From Klebsiella phage EI, in sequence record MN106245.1: a stretch of DNA of 64,000 nucleotides. One strand, 5' to 3'. Of this stretch, positions 1 through 7,047 are shown in pieces. The notes under the pieces are model-generated. The model did not search any database, was not told the DNA's origin, and was given only the letters and a program-made list of their open reading frames with translations. A program made the translations under genes and the position numbers. Numbering within the stretch: position 1 is the first letter of the stretch; the number at the start of each line of letters is the position of its first letter.

Positions 1-3
1 TTT

Positions 4-285
4 TTAACATTCCATAGATGAAGAGACCCAACCACCTGTTTCAAGGCTCGTGTAGTACTCGTGTTGATTAACGGTAGCCCATGAAGGATTACCTTGTTCA
101 GTGTACTGCTCAAGTTCTTTCTTTAAGAAACCTGGCGAATAATAAGTACCGCCCATACCGTAAGCAGGACTAATAGTGAATTCAGTATTATAGCGATCTG
201 CTACAACTTTAGCATGACGAATCGCATCATTAATAGCTTCAACCGCTTTAGCCATTTCTTCCTTAGGATTTCGTTTCATTAGCAC
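4..285 (-). CDS. small hypothetical protein; tandem paralog of the next gene (shares EAIKAV, GGTYY and WVSSS-MC motifs); reading frame runs off the window start
   Basis: ORF track; paralogous to 279-525/1294-1401; compact minus-strand gene packing. Confidence 0.45.
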   Translation of the reverse strand: MLMKRNPKEEMAKAVEAINDAIRHAKVVADRYNTEFTISPAYGMGGTYYSPGFLKKELEQYTEQGNPSWATVNQHEYYTSLETGGWVSSSMEC

Positions 286-525
286 ATCTCACTAGATGAA
301 ACCCATGCGCCTTCAACCGTTTTACCGTTTTCGTCAAGGTCTACATCATAGCACTGGCAATAGTATTCAAGACCGTAGTCTTCAGCACTAGTACCTTTAG
401 GGTAATATGTGCGGCCGTTACCATATTCACCTGTACTAAATGATACACCCATTTCGTCAGCGATAGCTTCTGCTTCAGCTTCGATCTGTTCAGTCAGGCC
501 CATGACAGCCTTAATAGCTTCTCGT
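279..525 (-). CDS. C-terminal part of a small hypothetical protein; its true N-terminus is at 1294-1401 and the two parts are separated by an artefactual insert
   Basis: 85-aa ORF whose apparent N-terminus (MC..) is read out of adapter sequence; 52-bp segment 474-525 is repeated at 1294-1345. Confidence 0.4.
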
Positions 526-526
526 A

Positions 527-595
527 AAGAGCACACGTCTGAACTCCAGTCACGAGTGGATATCTCGTATGCCGTCTTCTGCTTGAAAAAAAAAA
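527..595. other. Illumina TruSeq indexed adapter (AAGAGCACACGTCTGAACTCCAGTCAC-GAGTGGAT-ATCTCGTATGCCGTCTTCTGCTTG, index 23-like) followed by A10: sequencing/assembly contamination
   Basis: exact match to the well-known adapter sequence read directly in the window; poly(A) run 586-595. Confidence 0.9.
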
Positions 596-1293
596 GAATT
601 TAAATATTTCGAGGATATTTGCATATCCATAGAGGACATATATAAAACAAGAGAAACATATACACCGTTCTATGATGATAGAGCTGATTATAATACTAAT
701 TCAAAATCGTATTATGATTATGTTTCAAATCTATCAAAACTGATTGAAGTATTGGCACGTCGTATTTGGGAATATGACGGTGAATTAAAAAAACGTTTCA
801 AAAATTGGGACGATTTAATGAAAAAATTTCCAGATGACGCTAAAGAATTATTTAGAGGATGGTTAAACGACGGTACGATTGATAAAATCATTCATGACGA
901 GTTTACAAAATATTCTGCTGGACTAACTTCAGCTTTTGCTGTATTTAAAATTGCTGAAATGAAACAAATGAATGATTTTAAAGCAGAAGTTAAAGACTTA
1001 ATTAAAGATATTGACCGTTTCGTTAATGGGTTTGAATTAAATGAGCTTGAACCAAAGTTTGTGATGGGCTTTGGTGGTATTCGCAACGCAGTTAACCAAT
1101 CTATTAATATTGATAAAGAAACAAATCATATTTATACAACACAATCAGACTCACAATCTCCAGAGGGTTTTTGGATAAATAAATTAACCCCTAGCGGTGA
1201 CTTACTTTCAAGTATGCGTATAGTACAAGGTGGCCACGGTACAACAGTAGGTTTAGAAAGACAATCAAACGGTGAAATGAAAATACCATTTGT
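596..1293 (+). other. foreign low-GC fragment (partial ORF 752-1293 of unknown function) joined to the adapter; likely a chimeric read, not phage sequence
   Basis: abrupt drop in GC and change in codon usage relative to flanks; bounded by adapter on one side and the 52-bp duplicated junction (1294-1345) on the other; ORF 752-1357 reads through the junction. Confidence 0.6.
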
Positions 1294-1401
1294 TTCAGCT
1301 TCGATCTGTTCAGTCAGGCCCATGACAGCCTTAATAGCTTCTCGTGCTGATTTATAATCATTGTATTCAGGAACTTCTACTTCAAAAGTATATTTGCTCA
1401 T
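1294..1401 (-). CDS. N-terminal part (MSKYTFEVEVPEYNDYKSAREAIKAVMGLTEQIEAE) of the small gene whose C-terminal part is at 279-525
   Basis: identical 52-bp overlap with 474-525 reconstitutes a ~100-aa ORF once 526-1293 is removed. Confidence 0.45.
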
Positions 1402-1763
1402 TTTCTCATCTCTTTTAAGAAAGCTAAGGTTTCATCTCTGGAATCAAGAAGGCGCTGTTCTGCATTTTCTTTTTCCCACTCTTTTACTTCTTTTCGGTAA
1501 TTATACATATGTTTTAATTTAGCACAGCCATTAATGACATACGGTATAGCCATAATAGGGAATCCAAAAGAAAACCCAGTTACTATCATGATCAAAATTG
1601 ATAGTACAGACATCTCAGCATCCATTTCATTAATCATGAATGCCGGATAAAATATCATAGCACACAGACCTATAGTAAGTCCTGCCAGTATAAACAAGAA
1701 CTTGTCTGTAATTACCTTTGCATAACCCCAGTCAATAGGTTTATTGCGATAGTATCTAGCCAT
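1398..1763 (-). CDS. small membrane protein (two hydrophobic helices)
   Basis: ORF track; hydrophobic segments; start overlaps the upstream stop. Confidence 0.5.
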   Translation of the reverse strand: MARYYRNKPIDWGYAKVITDKFLFILAGLTIGLCAMIFYPAFMINEMDAEMSVLSILIMIVTGFSFGFPIMAIPYVINGCAKLKHMYNYRKEVKEWEKENAEQRLLDSRDETLAFLKEMRK

Positions 1764-2325
1764 TTACTGCCTCACGACAATGTTTGATGAACTCTTCTAC
1801 AACGATCTGCTTTGCTAATTCAGGGTTCTGGCTGAACTCATAGATCTCTGGCGACAGTACAGTTCTAAGATAAGTGCGCCGTTCACTATAGTACCCTTGT
1901 CCAGGCATATTAGTATAGTTAGGGTTGCAAAGTAAAGAAACCGTGTAAATTTTACCTTCAATCATAAATTCTAAGACAAAAGCAAAATGGTCCTCGTTTT
2001 TAGATAAAAACTTTGCCTTATCTCTCGCGTAAGAGAACCAATGCTCATTATCATCATTGTACGCGTAGATGCTGTATTCAAGTTGATAGATTCCTTCGAT
2101 ACGAGCACCATTATAACGACGGCTGAATTCCAGCACGATTTCTTTTATAAACTTAGTATTGGCCAGCATAATGGCAGGTGGGTATTTTTTGTTGTTATGG
2201 CTTCCACGGGTCTGCAAAAAATTATTTTCAGAGCAACGGTCTTGCATATATGGCATCAAAAGCTCAATAGCTTTTTCAGGGATACCTTTTTCACGCAGTG
2301 CTTCAACTTGTAATCTTTTAGACAT
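1756..2325 (-). CDS. hypothetical protein, 189 aa
   Basis: ORF track; followed by hairpin AGAGGGCCGAAGCCCTCT at 2349-2366. Confidence 0.5.
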   Translation of the reverse strand: MSKRLQVEALREKGIPEKAIELLMPYMQDRCSENNFLQTRGSHNNKKYPPAIMLANTKFIKEIVLEFSRRYNGARIEGIYQLEYSIYAYNDDNEHWFSYARDKAKFLSKNEDHFAFVLEFMIEGKIYTVSLLCNPNYTNMPGQGYYSERRTYLRTVLSPEIYEFSQNPELAKQIVVEEFIKHCREAVNG

Positions 2326-2373
2326 AGTATTATCCTCTATTATCCCAATAAGAGGGCCGAAGCCCTCTTCGCA

Positions 2374-2967
2374 TTACTTCAGAGAAGCCAGGTATTCCTG
2401 AACATCTGCAGTTGTGGTGGTAGTACCAGGTTCAGCACCGTTAAAGGTTTCAACCTTCATAGTGATGTCGTCGACAGATACTTTAGCCAGAGAAGCCAGT
2501 TCGATCACATCGTCGGCAGAGCTAATACCAAGATCAGCAGCAGAGCGAGTTTCACGGATGTATTCGAGCTTAACAGCCAGGTCCAGACGAGCATCGTCCA
2601 ACTCAACTACTTTACGTTCGATTTCTTCACGCATACCTGCATAACCAGCAGCTTTTTCACGCAGGGCCGCGGCAGTTCGACGATACAGAAGACCAAGCTT
2701 AGCGTGTGTTTCCACGTTCATGTTTTCAGCGATCAGACGACGAATTTCTTTTTCTTTCGATTCAGCCAGTTTATCTTTTTCGATGGCCAGAGCCAAGATA
2801 CGTTTCTCTTCATTGACAGACTTAACATGAGAAACACGAAGCTGCGTGATTTTGTCAATCAGGATGTTCGCCGCTTCAGTATACTGGTCTTCAACAGTAG
2901 TATTTTTAGCAACAAAGGTACCCAGTTTAGCACGGATGAATGCAACCAGTTTTTTCAGAATAGCCAT
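2374..2967 (-). CDS. PspA/IM30 (phage-shock protein A / Vipp1)-like coiled-coil protein
   Basis: 197 aa; N-terminal amphipathic [15 protein letters not shown] followed by long heptad-rich helices, resembling PspA MGIFSRFADIVNANINAL..; similarity judged by eye only. Confidence 0.5.
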   Translation of the reverse strand: MAILKKLVAFIRAKLGTFVAKNTTVEDQYTEAANILIDKITQLRVSHVKSVNEEKRILALAIEKDKLAESKEKEIRRLIAENMNVETHAKLGLLYRRTAAALREKAAGYAGMREEIERKVVELDDARLDLAVKLEYIRETRSAADLGISSADDVIELASLAKVSVDDITMKVETFNGAEPGTTTTTADVQEYLASLK

Positions 2968-3048
2968 TGTATTTTCCTTTCAGTGTGTAAAAAATTAAAT
3001 TATCCCGTTTGTGTAGGAGATCATAACACGTCTCCTACACACTGTAAA

Positions 3049-3285
3049 CTACTTATAAGTTTCGATAACTTCTTCCATAAAATCTATAGCAGCTGTTTCA
3101 ATAATACGAGACAACGCCGGATCGCCGCCATAAGTCTGCATGTTAGACAAAATGATATTTTCTAATGAACGTAAAGCTGACAAACGCTCTTCACCTGACG
3201 GGAAATTAGGTGTTTTGCCAAACAGACCACCGAAAGATTTAAAATACTTTTGCGCTATTACTTTAGCTTTATCAGGATAATGCAT
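3049..3285 (-). CDS. hypothetical small protein
   Basis: ORF track. Confidence 0.4.
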   Translation of the reverse strand: MHYPDKAKVIAQKYFKSFGGLFGKTPNFPSGEERLSALRSLENIILSNMQTYGGDPALSRIIETAAIDFMEEVIETYK

Positions 3286-3346
3286 TATGTTTTCCTCAAT
3301 TGTGTGATGTGTCTATAGTAACACACCCTCTAGAAAAGTAAACACC

Positions 3347-3649
3347 TTATTTCATATTTTTGTAGATGAATTCTTCAAGAGCTTCTGTAATTGCTTCACC
3401 GACGTAAACGTCGAACAGAGAATCGCTGTATCCATCTTCATCTTCCCAGGAAGCAGCGCCAGCACGGAAGCCTTCCATACATGCTTTCCAGGCGCTTTGG
3501 TATAATGGTTCTGAACAGTTTCTTACAATCAGGTCAGCGTATTGCAGGACCCAAGAAGCTGGTAGAAATTCAGTAACTTCGTTGAAGTCAATAAAATCTT
3601 GACTCTCGAAGAGAGATGCCGGGTATCCGGCAGTAATATTACGTCTCAT
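3347..3649 (-). CDS. hypothetical small protein
   Basis: ORF track; start overlaps next gene. Confidence 0.45.
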   Translation of the reverse strand: MRRNITAGYPASLFESQDFIDFNEVTEFLPASWVLQYADLIVRNCSEPLYQSAWKACMEGFRAGAASWEDEDGYSDSLFDVYVGEAITEALEEFIYKNMK

Positions 3650-3888
3650 GATTTCACCTTGATAAATTCAATTCGTTCAATTTTGTCTGAATTGTACTTA
3701 ATAAGACCTATCAATTCGTGACGAGTTTCATGTTGTGCAGTCCAGTTTGCACAAGCAAAGTATCTAGAACCATCTTCTAATTGACCGATCACCGCCTCAG
3801 AATGACCGCCTTCTTTCCAGTGAATCAGACAGCAACCCAGCGGGATTTCGCGATCAGAATTAGTTTCAAACGTTTTGGTAATTTTCAT
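3646..3888 (-). CDS. hypothetical small protein
   Basis: ORF track; overlapping start/stop with neighbours. Confidence 0.45.
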   Translation of the reverse strand: MKITKTFETNSDREIPLGCCLIHWKEGGHSEAVIGQLEDGSRYFACANWTAQHETRHELIGLIKYNSDKIERIEFIKVKS

Positions 3889-4208
3889 TCTACTTCCTCA
3901 ACATCAGCCCAGAATTCGTCAACAGTATACGTCTCATCGTCATCAGCAATAAAGAAGCCTTTAGATGAATCAATAGTATCTACAGCGTTATACTCGCTTG
4001 ATTCGGAAACACGAATCAGTTGTTGGCCGTTAGGCAGGACAAATTTCTCACCATCTTCAACATCTTTAAAAAATTTCATAATCACCTCATGTTTGTGTAG
4101 GAGTACTATACCACGTTCTTTTGAGTGTGTAAACTGGTAATCTAAATGCCCGAAAGGGTTCCCATTTCTGAGAACCCTTTCTTCTCGGCTCTGATGACTT
4201 GGATGCAC
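3885..4208 (-). CDS. hypothetical small protein (alternative start at 4079 gives 64 aa)
   Basis: ORF track; acidic C-terminus. Confidence 0.4.
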   Translation of the reverse strand: MHPSHQSREERVLRNGNPFGHLDYQFTHSKERGIVLLHKHEVIMKFFKDVEDGEKFVLPNGQQLIRVSESSEYNAVDTIDSSKGFFIADDDETYTVDEFWADVEEVE

Positions 4209-4263
4209 CCAGAGGTCATTCGCCAGCCTTACGTCTTCGAGTGCAATTCTAGGACGTCATTCT

Positions 4264-4437
4264 TTATTCTACGATGTAATCTTCAACAACATAAGTGCTG
4301 TAAGAATTCATCTTGGACATTTCGTCAGCGTATTCGTTTGCAGCTTCTTCAGATGCAAAGATTTTCCTAGGCAGAGAATACTCATTATACCCGTACTCGA
4401 CGTTCCAATTTTCTTCTACTACGACGTAAACTTTCAT
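4264..4437 (-). CDS. hypothetical 57-aa protein (MKVYVVVEENWNVEYGYNEYS..)
   Basis: my own translation of the minus strand; below the 60-aa cutoff of the ORF track. Confidence 0.3.
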   Translation of the reverse strand: MKVYVVVEENWNVEYGYNEYSLPRKIFASEEAANEYADEMSKMNSYSTYVVEDYIVE

Positions 4438-4453
4438 ATTTTCCTCATAAATT

Positions 4454-4530
4454 TGGTGCCGGTTGACGGAATCGAACCGCCGACCTTCTCATTACAAGTG
4501 AGTTGCTCTACCTACTGAGCTAAACCGGCA
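4454..4530 (-). tRNA. tRNA-Thr (anticodon UGU), CCA encoded
   Basis: cloverleaf folded by hand: GCCGGTT..TAGCTCAGTAGGTAGAGC..anticodon loop CTTGTAA..GGTTCGATTCC..AACCGGCACCA. Confidence 0.8.
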
Positions 4531-4628
4531 TAAGACGGAAATAAGGATTCGAACCTTATGTAGTTGCACAGACGTATCTGCCGTTGAATTCCTCACTAAG
4601 TTTAAGCAACTATTCCCAGGTCTTAATT
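4531..4628 (-). ncRNA. tRNA-like element with a perfect T-arm (TAAGGTTCGAATCCTTA) but an acceptor/anticodon I could not resolve; possible degenerate tRNA or small stable RNA
   Basis: GGTTCGAATCC T-loop on the minus strand; sits between tRNA-Leu and tRNA-Thr where T4 has Gly/Pro/Ser. Confidence 0.3.
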
Positions 4629-4713
4629 TGGTGCACCGAGAGGGATTCGAACCCTCAATCCTTGCGGCGTAGCATTTTAAGTGCTATGTGTATACCAGTT
4701 CCACCATCGATGC
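4629..4713 (-). tRNA. tRNA-Leu (anticodon UAA), class II with long variable arm, CCA encoded
   Basis: GCATCGA acceptor pairs with TCGGTGC; anticodon loop CTTAAAA; T-loop GGTTCGAATCC. Confidence 0.8.
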
Positions 4714-4717
4714 GAAT

Positions 4718-4794
4718 TGGTCGAGACAGAAGGATTCGAACCTTCGACCTGCGGATTAGAAGTCCGCTGCTCTATCCAGCTGAGCTATGTCCCG
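4718..4794 (-). tRNA. tRNA-Arg (anticodon UCU), CCA encoded
   Basis: D-arm TAGCTCAGCTGGATAGAGC; anticodon stem GCGGA/TCCGC with loop CTTCTAA; GGTTCGAATCC. Confidence 0.85.
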
Positions 4795-4797
4795 AGA

Positions 4798-4925
4798 ATG
4801 TTCAGACAGGACTTGAACCTGTACGCTTAGGTCTGTTGCACCGGTTTCCGCCTTACTCACCTGGGTACCAACCAGGGTTTCAAACAAGCTATTCCGGTCG
4901 TGTCTACCGATTTCACCACTGAACA
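4798..4925 (-). ncRNA. ~128-nt tRNA-like stable RNA: perfect 7-bp acceptor stem (TGTTCAG/CTGAACA), Leu-type D-arm (GTGAAATCGGTAGACAC) and T-arm (ACAGGTTCAAGTCCTGT) with ~50 nt inserted in the anticodon region; analogous to T4 species 1/2 (rnaC/rnaD) RNAs
   Basis: hand-folded; location next to tRNA-Arg matches where T4 rnaC/rnaD lie. Confidence 0.5.
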
Positions 4926-4935
4926 TTTAATAAGT

Positions 4936-5172
4936 TTATTTAGTATACTCTATAAAAGCTAAAGCAAAATGTGGATCTACCTTAACAATTTTATGAGATA
5001 CCTTGAATCGATACGAATAAGAATCTACACCAATCCCATGACCTGTTTTGCCAGTTACTTTACCAACACGCATTTCACCATCTTGGCCCATACCAGAGGT
5101 TTTTACACCAAATAAGATATAATCGCCTTCAAAAACTGGAACACCATGTCGGTCTTTCATTAATTCTATCAT
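4936..5172 (-). CDS. hypothetical small protein
   Basis: ORF track. Confidence 0.4.
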   Translation of the reverse strand: MIELMKDRHGVPVFEGDYILFGVKTSGMGQDGEMRVGKVTGKTGHGIGVDSYSYRFKVSHKIVKVDPHFALAFIEYTK

Positions 5173-5621
5173 TTCGAAGCCTTAAGCATTTCACGTACTC
5201 GATAAAGATTGCTGCAGAACTCTTGTTCGGTCAGAACAGTTTCGTTCTTTTTAGACCGTCCCATAGAGTGAGTTAACGTAGCGTTCTGTGTGGCCAGGAT
5301 AGCTCTCTTGAATCCTTCATTAGTGGCCAATTGATTATATGCCCTTTCAATAAGAAGCGTATAGGCGTCACTCTGGCGTTGCATAGGGACGCCTTTCCAG
5401 TACAGAGTTTGCGTACGGAACCATTTCTTCTTTTTACCTTTGAACTTAGCTGCTTTACCAACTAAAGTGCAAACGTGTGCAGCCATTTCAGGAGAGCTGA
5501 ACTTCAACGACTGTAAGAAGCCTTCCATTGAAGCACATTTAACGCCGTCTATTTCAAAAGCATGCGGAGCAAAGTTGCTTAAAGCGCAACTAGGGTAACT
5601 TGACCCTGAGCCAATGTCCAT
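5169..5621 (-). CDS. NADAR (YbiA/DUF1768-like) domain protein; likely start at the internal Met MDIGSGSS
   Basis: motifs YPSCALSNFAPHAF.IDGVKCASMEGFLQSLKF fit the NADAR signature (LSNF..F..DG....S.EH.YQA.KF). Confidence 0.55.
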   Translation of the reverse strand: MDIGSGSSYPSCALSNFAPHAFEIDGVKCASMEGFLQSLKFSSPEMAAHVCTLVGKAAKFKGKKKKWFRTQTLYWKGVPMQRQSDAYTLLIERAYNQLATNEGFKRAILATQNATLTHSMGRSKKNETVLTEQEFCSNLYRVREMLKASK

Positions 5622-5884
5622 TAGATATCCTCTACGTGAATCATGATTGAGCGTCGACGAACAACGCATCCTTTAAGTTCTTCAGCAGCTTCAATTAGTA
5701 CACGGCCCGACGGAAGAATAAGCCCGTCAATTCGCTGTTGGGCCCGTGCTATATCCGTAAAACCATCTGCTTCAAGGAGCCCTGTGAATTCCCATCCTTC
5801 CCAGCATTCGTTATTAACGAATGAAGCATATGAGCCGAATTCTGGATTAAAAATTACGTAATCTTGTTGCATCTGTTGTTCCAA
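5621..5884 (-). CDS. hypothetical small protein
   Basis: ORF track. Confidence 0.4.
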   Translation of the reverse strand: MEQQMQQDYVIFNPEFGSYASFVNNECWEGWEFTGLLEADGFTDIARAQQRIDGLILPSGRVLIEAAEELKGCVVRRRSIMIHVEDI

Positions 5885-6189
5885 ATTTTAGTTAGACCAG
5901 CATGCTCGAAGGCACGCATACAAGAAAGACCGACTTTACCGTGTTCTTCCCACTCGATGATTCTATCATTATCTCTGAAAGCAAGACCTTTGGCTGGTTC
6001 AGCGTAAGGCTTCAATTCTTCAGGAACTTCATCCATAGAATCATAGACCACAGTAACGCCACCTTTACAACCTGCGATACCTACACCGCATTTGCATTCT
6101 AACACACAACAACTATAACTGATATACGTAAAAGGGAATCTTTCGCCACAGAAAGGGCAGGGGAGTAAATCTTCATTTAGAATGGTCAT
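5854..6189 (-). CDS. Cys-rich zinc-finger protein with Lar-family-like CPFCG motif (possible restriction alleviation)
   Basis: N-terminal LLPCPFCGERF plus further Cys pairs (CCVLECKCG..GCKGG). Confidence 0.4.
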   Translation of the reverse strand: MTILNEDLLPCPFCGERFPFTYISYSCCVLECKCGVGIAGCKGGVTVVYDSMDEVPEELKPYAEPAKGLAFRDNDRIIEWEEHGKVGLSCMRAFEHAGLTKIWNNRCNKIT

Positions 6190-6211
6190 AATATTTTTCT
6201 CAGTAGTTGAT

Positions 6212-6359
6212 TGGACGGAACGCCTGGACTCGAACCAGGTTATAGAACAATTGGCGTTGCACTACATTTTTATGAGGCCAACAAATCGTTTCCTCAACAG
6301 GCACGTCGCCAAACGTGTCATCCTGGAGAAAAGTCAATGTGTCCTCGAACCGATTAATT
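6212..6359 (-). ncRNA. tRNA-like region ending in a canonical T-arm+CCA (CCTGGTTCGAGTCCAGG-CGTTCCG-T-CCA) but without a pairing 5' acceptor; possible tRNA pseudogene(s) or processed small RNA
   Basis: T-loop and CCA found by eye; 148 nt, roughly the length of two tRNAs. Confidence 0.3.
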
Positions 6360-6436
6360 TGGTGACCCCATCTGGACTTGAACCAGAAACCTACCAGTTA
6401 TGAGCCGGGTGCTCTAACCAATTGAGCTATAGGGCC
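6360..6436 (-). tRNA. tRNA-Ile2-like (anticodon CAU, probably lysidine-modified), CCA encoded
   Basis: GGCCCTATAGCTCAATTGGTTAGAGCA..loop CTCATAA..GGTTCAAGTCCAG..GGGGTCACCA; closely resembles E. coli tRNA-Ile(LAU) and T4 tRNA-Ile. Confidence 0.75.
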
Positions 6437-6879
6437 AAAAGCTCTGTGCGATATTCTGCCAGAGCGTCATTATCCGGGTCTAAAGAGTACAAACAAGTAG
6501 GTTATTGTAGAACACAGCGTACTGTGGGAACAGCGCCTTCGGTCCCGGCATTTACTTACGGACCTCTAACTCATCTCTTTAGACTGCCATGTAATTATCT
6601 TTCGTAGGGATACGAATCTCTCAAGCTTTCCGGAAAGCTGAATAAGAGTTAATGGCTCTCATATACCCGTGCACAGATATAATCTTTGTTAACACATTAA
6701 CTGAATCGCTATACCTCGAAAGATAACTAGTACCTTCCTGCGCCGATTCAAGCTGTGATATACCTGGTTTCAATGAGGGACCTGTATAACAGGGAACGTC
6801 AGTTCGACGACTTGCGAGTGCGCATCCATCTGGGCTAGGCCTCAACAAGGTCATTACCAGTTTGGTCTCGCTTCTTATT
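6437..6879 (-). ncRNA. ~440-nt non-coding, highly structured block between two tRNAs (GNRA/UUCG-type hairpins; 16-bp perfect palindrome AGCTTTCCGGAAAGCT at 6624-6639); function unknown
   Basis: no convincing ORF (the two ORFs 6422-6607 and 6621-6956 overlap on opposite strands and lack starts/RBS); many short stem-loops; flanked by tRNAs on the same strand. Confidence 0.35.
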
Positions 6880-6962
6880 TGGCGGTTAGTGCAGGTATCG
6901 AACCTGCCTTGTCCTAAGACACGGATTAACAGTCCGTCGCTTCCCCTCTCAGCCAACTAACC
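6880..6962 (-). tRNA. class-II-shaped tRNA with anticodon GUU (Asn-type anticodon but a 13-nt variable arm), CCA encoded
   Basis: perfect acceptor GGTTAGT/ACTAACC; anticodon stem ACGGA/TCCGT with loop CTGTTAA; variable hairpin GTCTTAGGAC; T-arm GCAGGTTCGATACCTGC; G-CCA. Confidence 0.6.
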
Positions 6963-6969
6963 TAAATTA

Positions 6970-7042
6970 CTGGGATAACAGGACTCGAACCTGTGCATAC
7001 CGGAATCAAAATCCGGGGCCTTACCAACTTGGCTATATCCCA
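6970..7042 (-). tRNA. tRNA-Gln (anticodon UUG)
   Basis: TGGGATA/TATCCCA acceptor; loop TTTTGAT; GGTTCGAGTCC; starts with U like T4 tRNA-Gln; no CCA encoded. Confidence 0.8.
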
Positions 7043-7047
7043 TTTAA

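Noticed and set aside
752-1357. 201-aa plus-strand ORF as a novel phage gene
   Set aside because: It sits inside the adapter-flanked foreign fragment and its C-terminus is read through the duplicated junction; treated as contamination until read-level evidence says otherwise.
4584-4922. 112-aa plus-strand ORF (and the 64-aa ORF at 409-603)
   Set aside because: They run across the minus-strand tRNA-Leu/Arg genes and across adapter sequence respectively; they are read-through of structured RNA or contamination, not genes.
6422-6956. ORFs 6422-6607 (+) and 6621-6956 (-)
   Set aside because: They overlap a region full of stem-loops between tRNAs and run into tRNA genes, with no RBS. Treated as non-coding.
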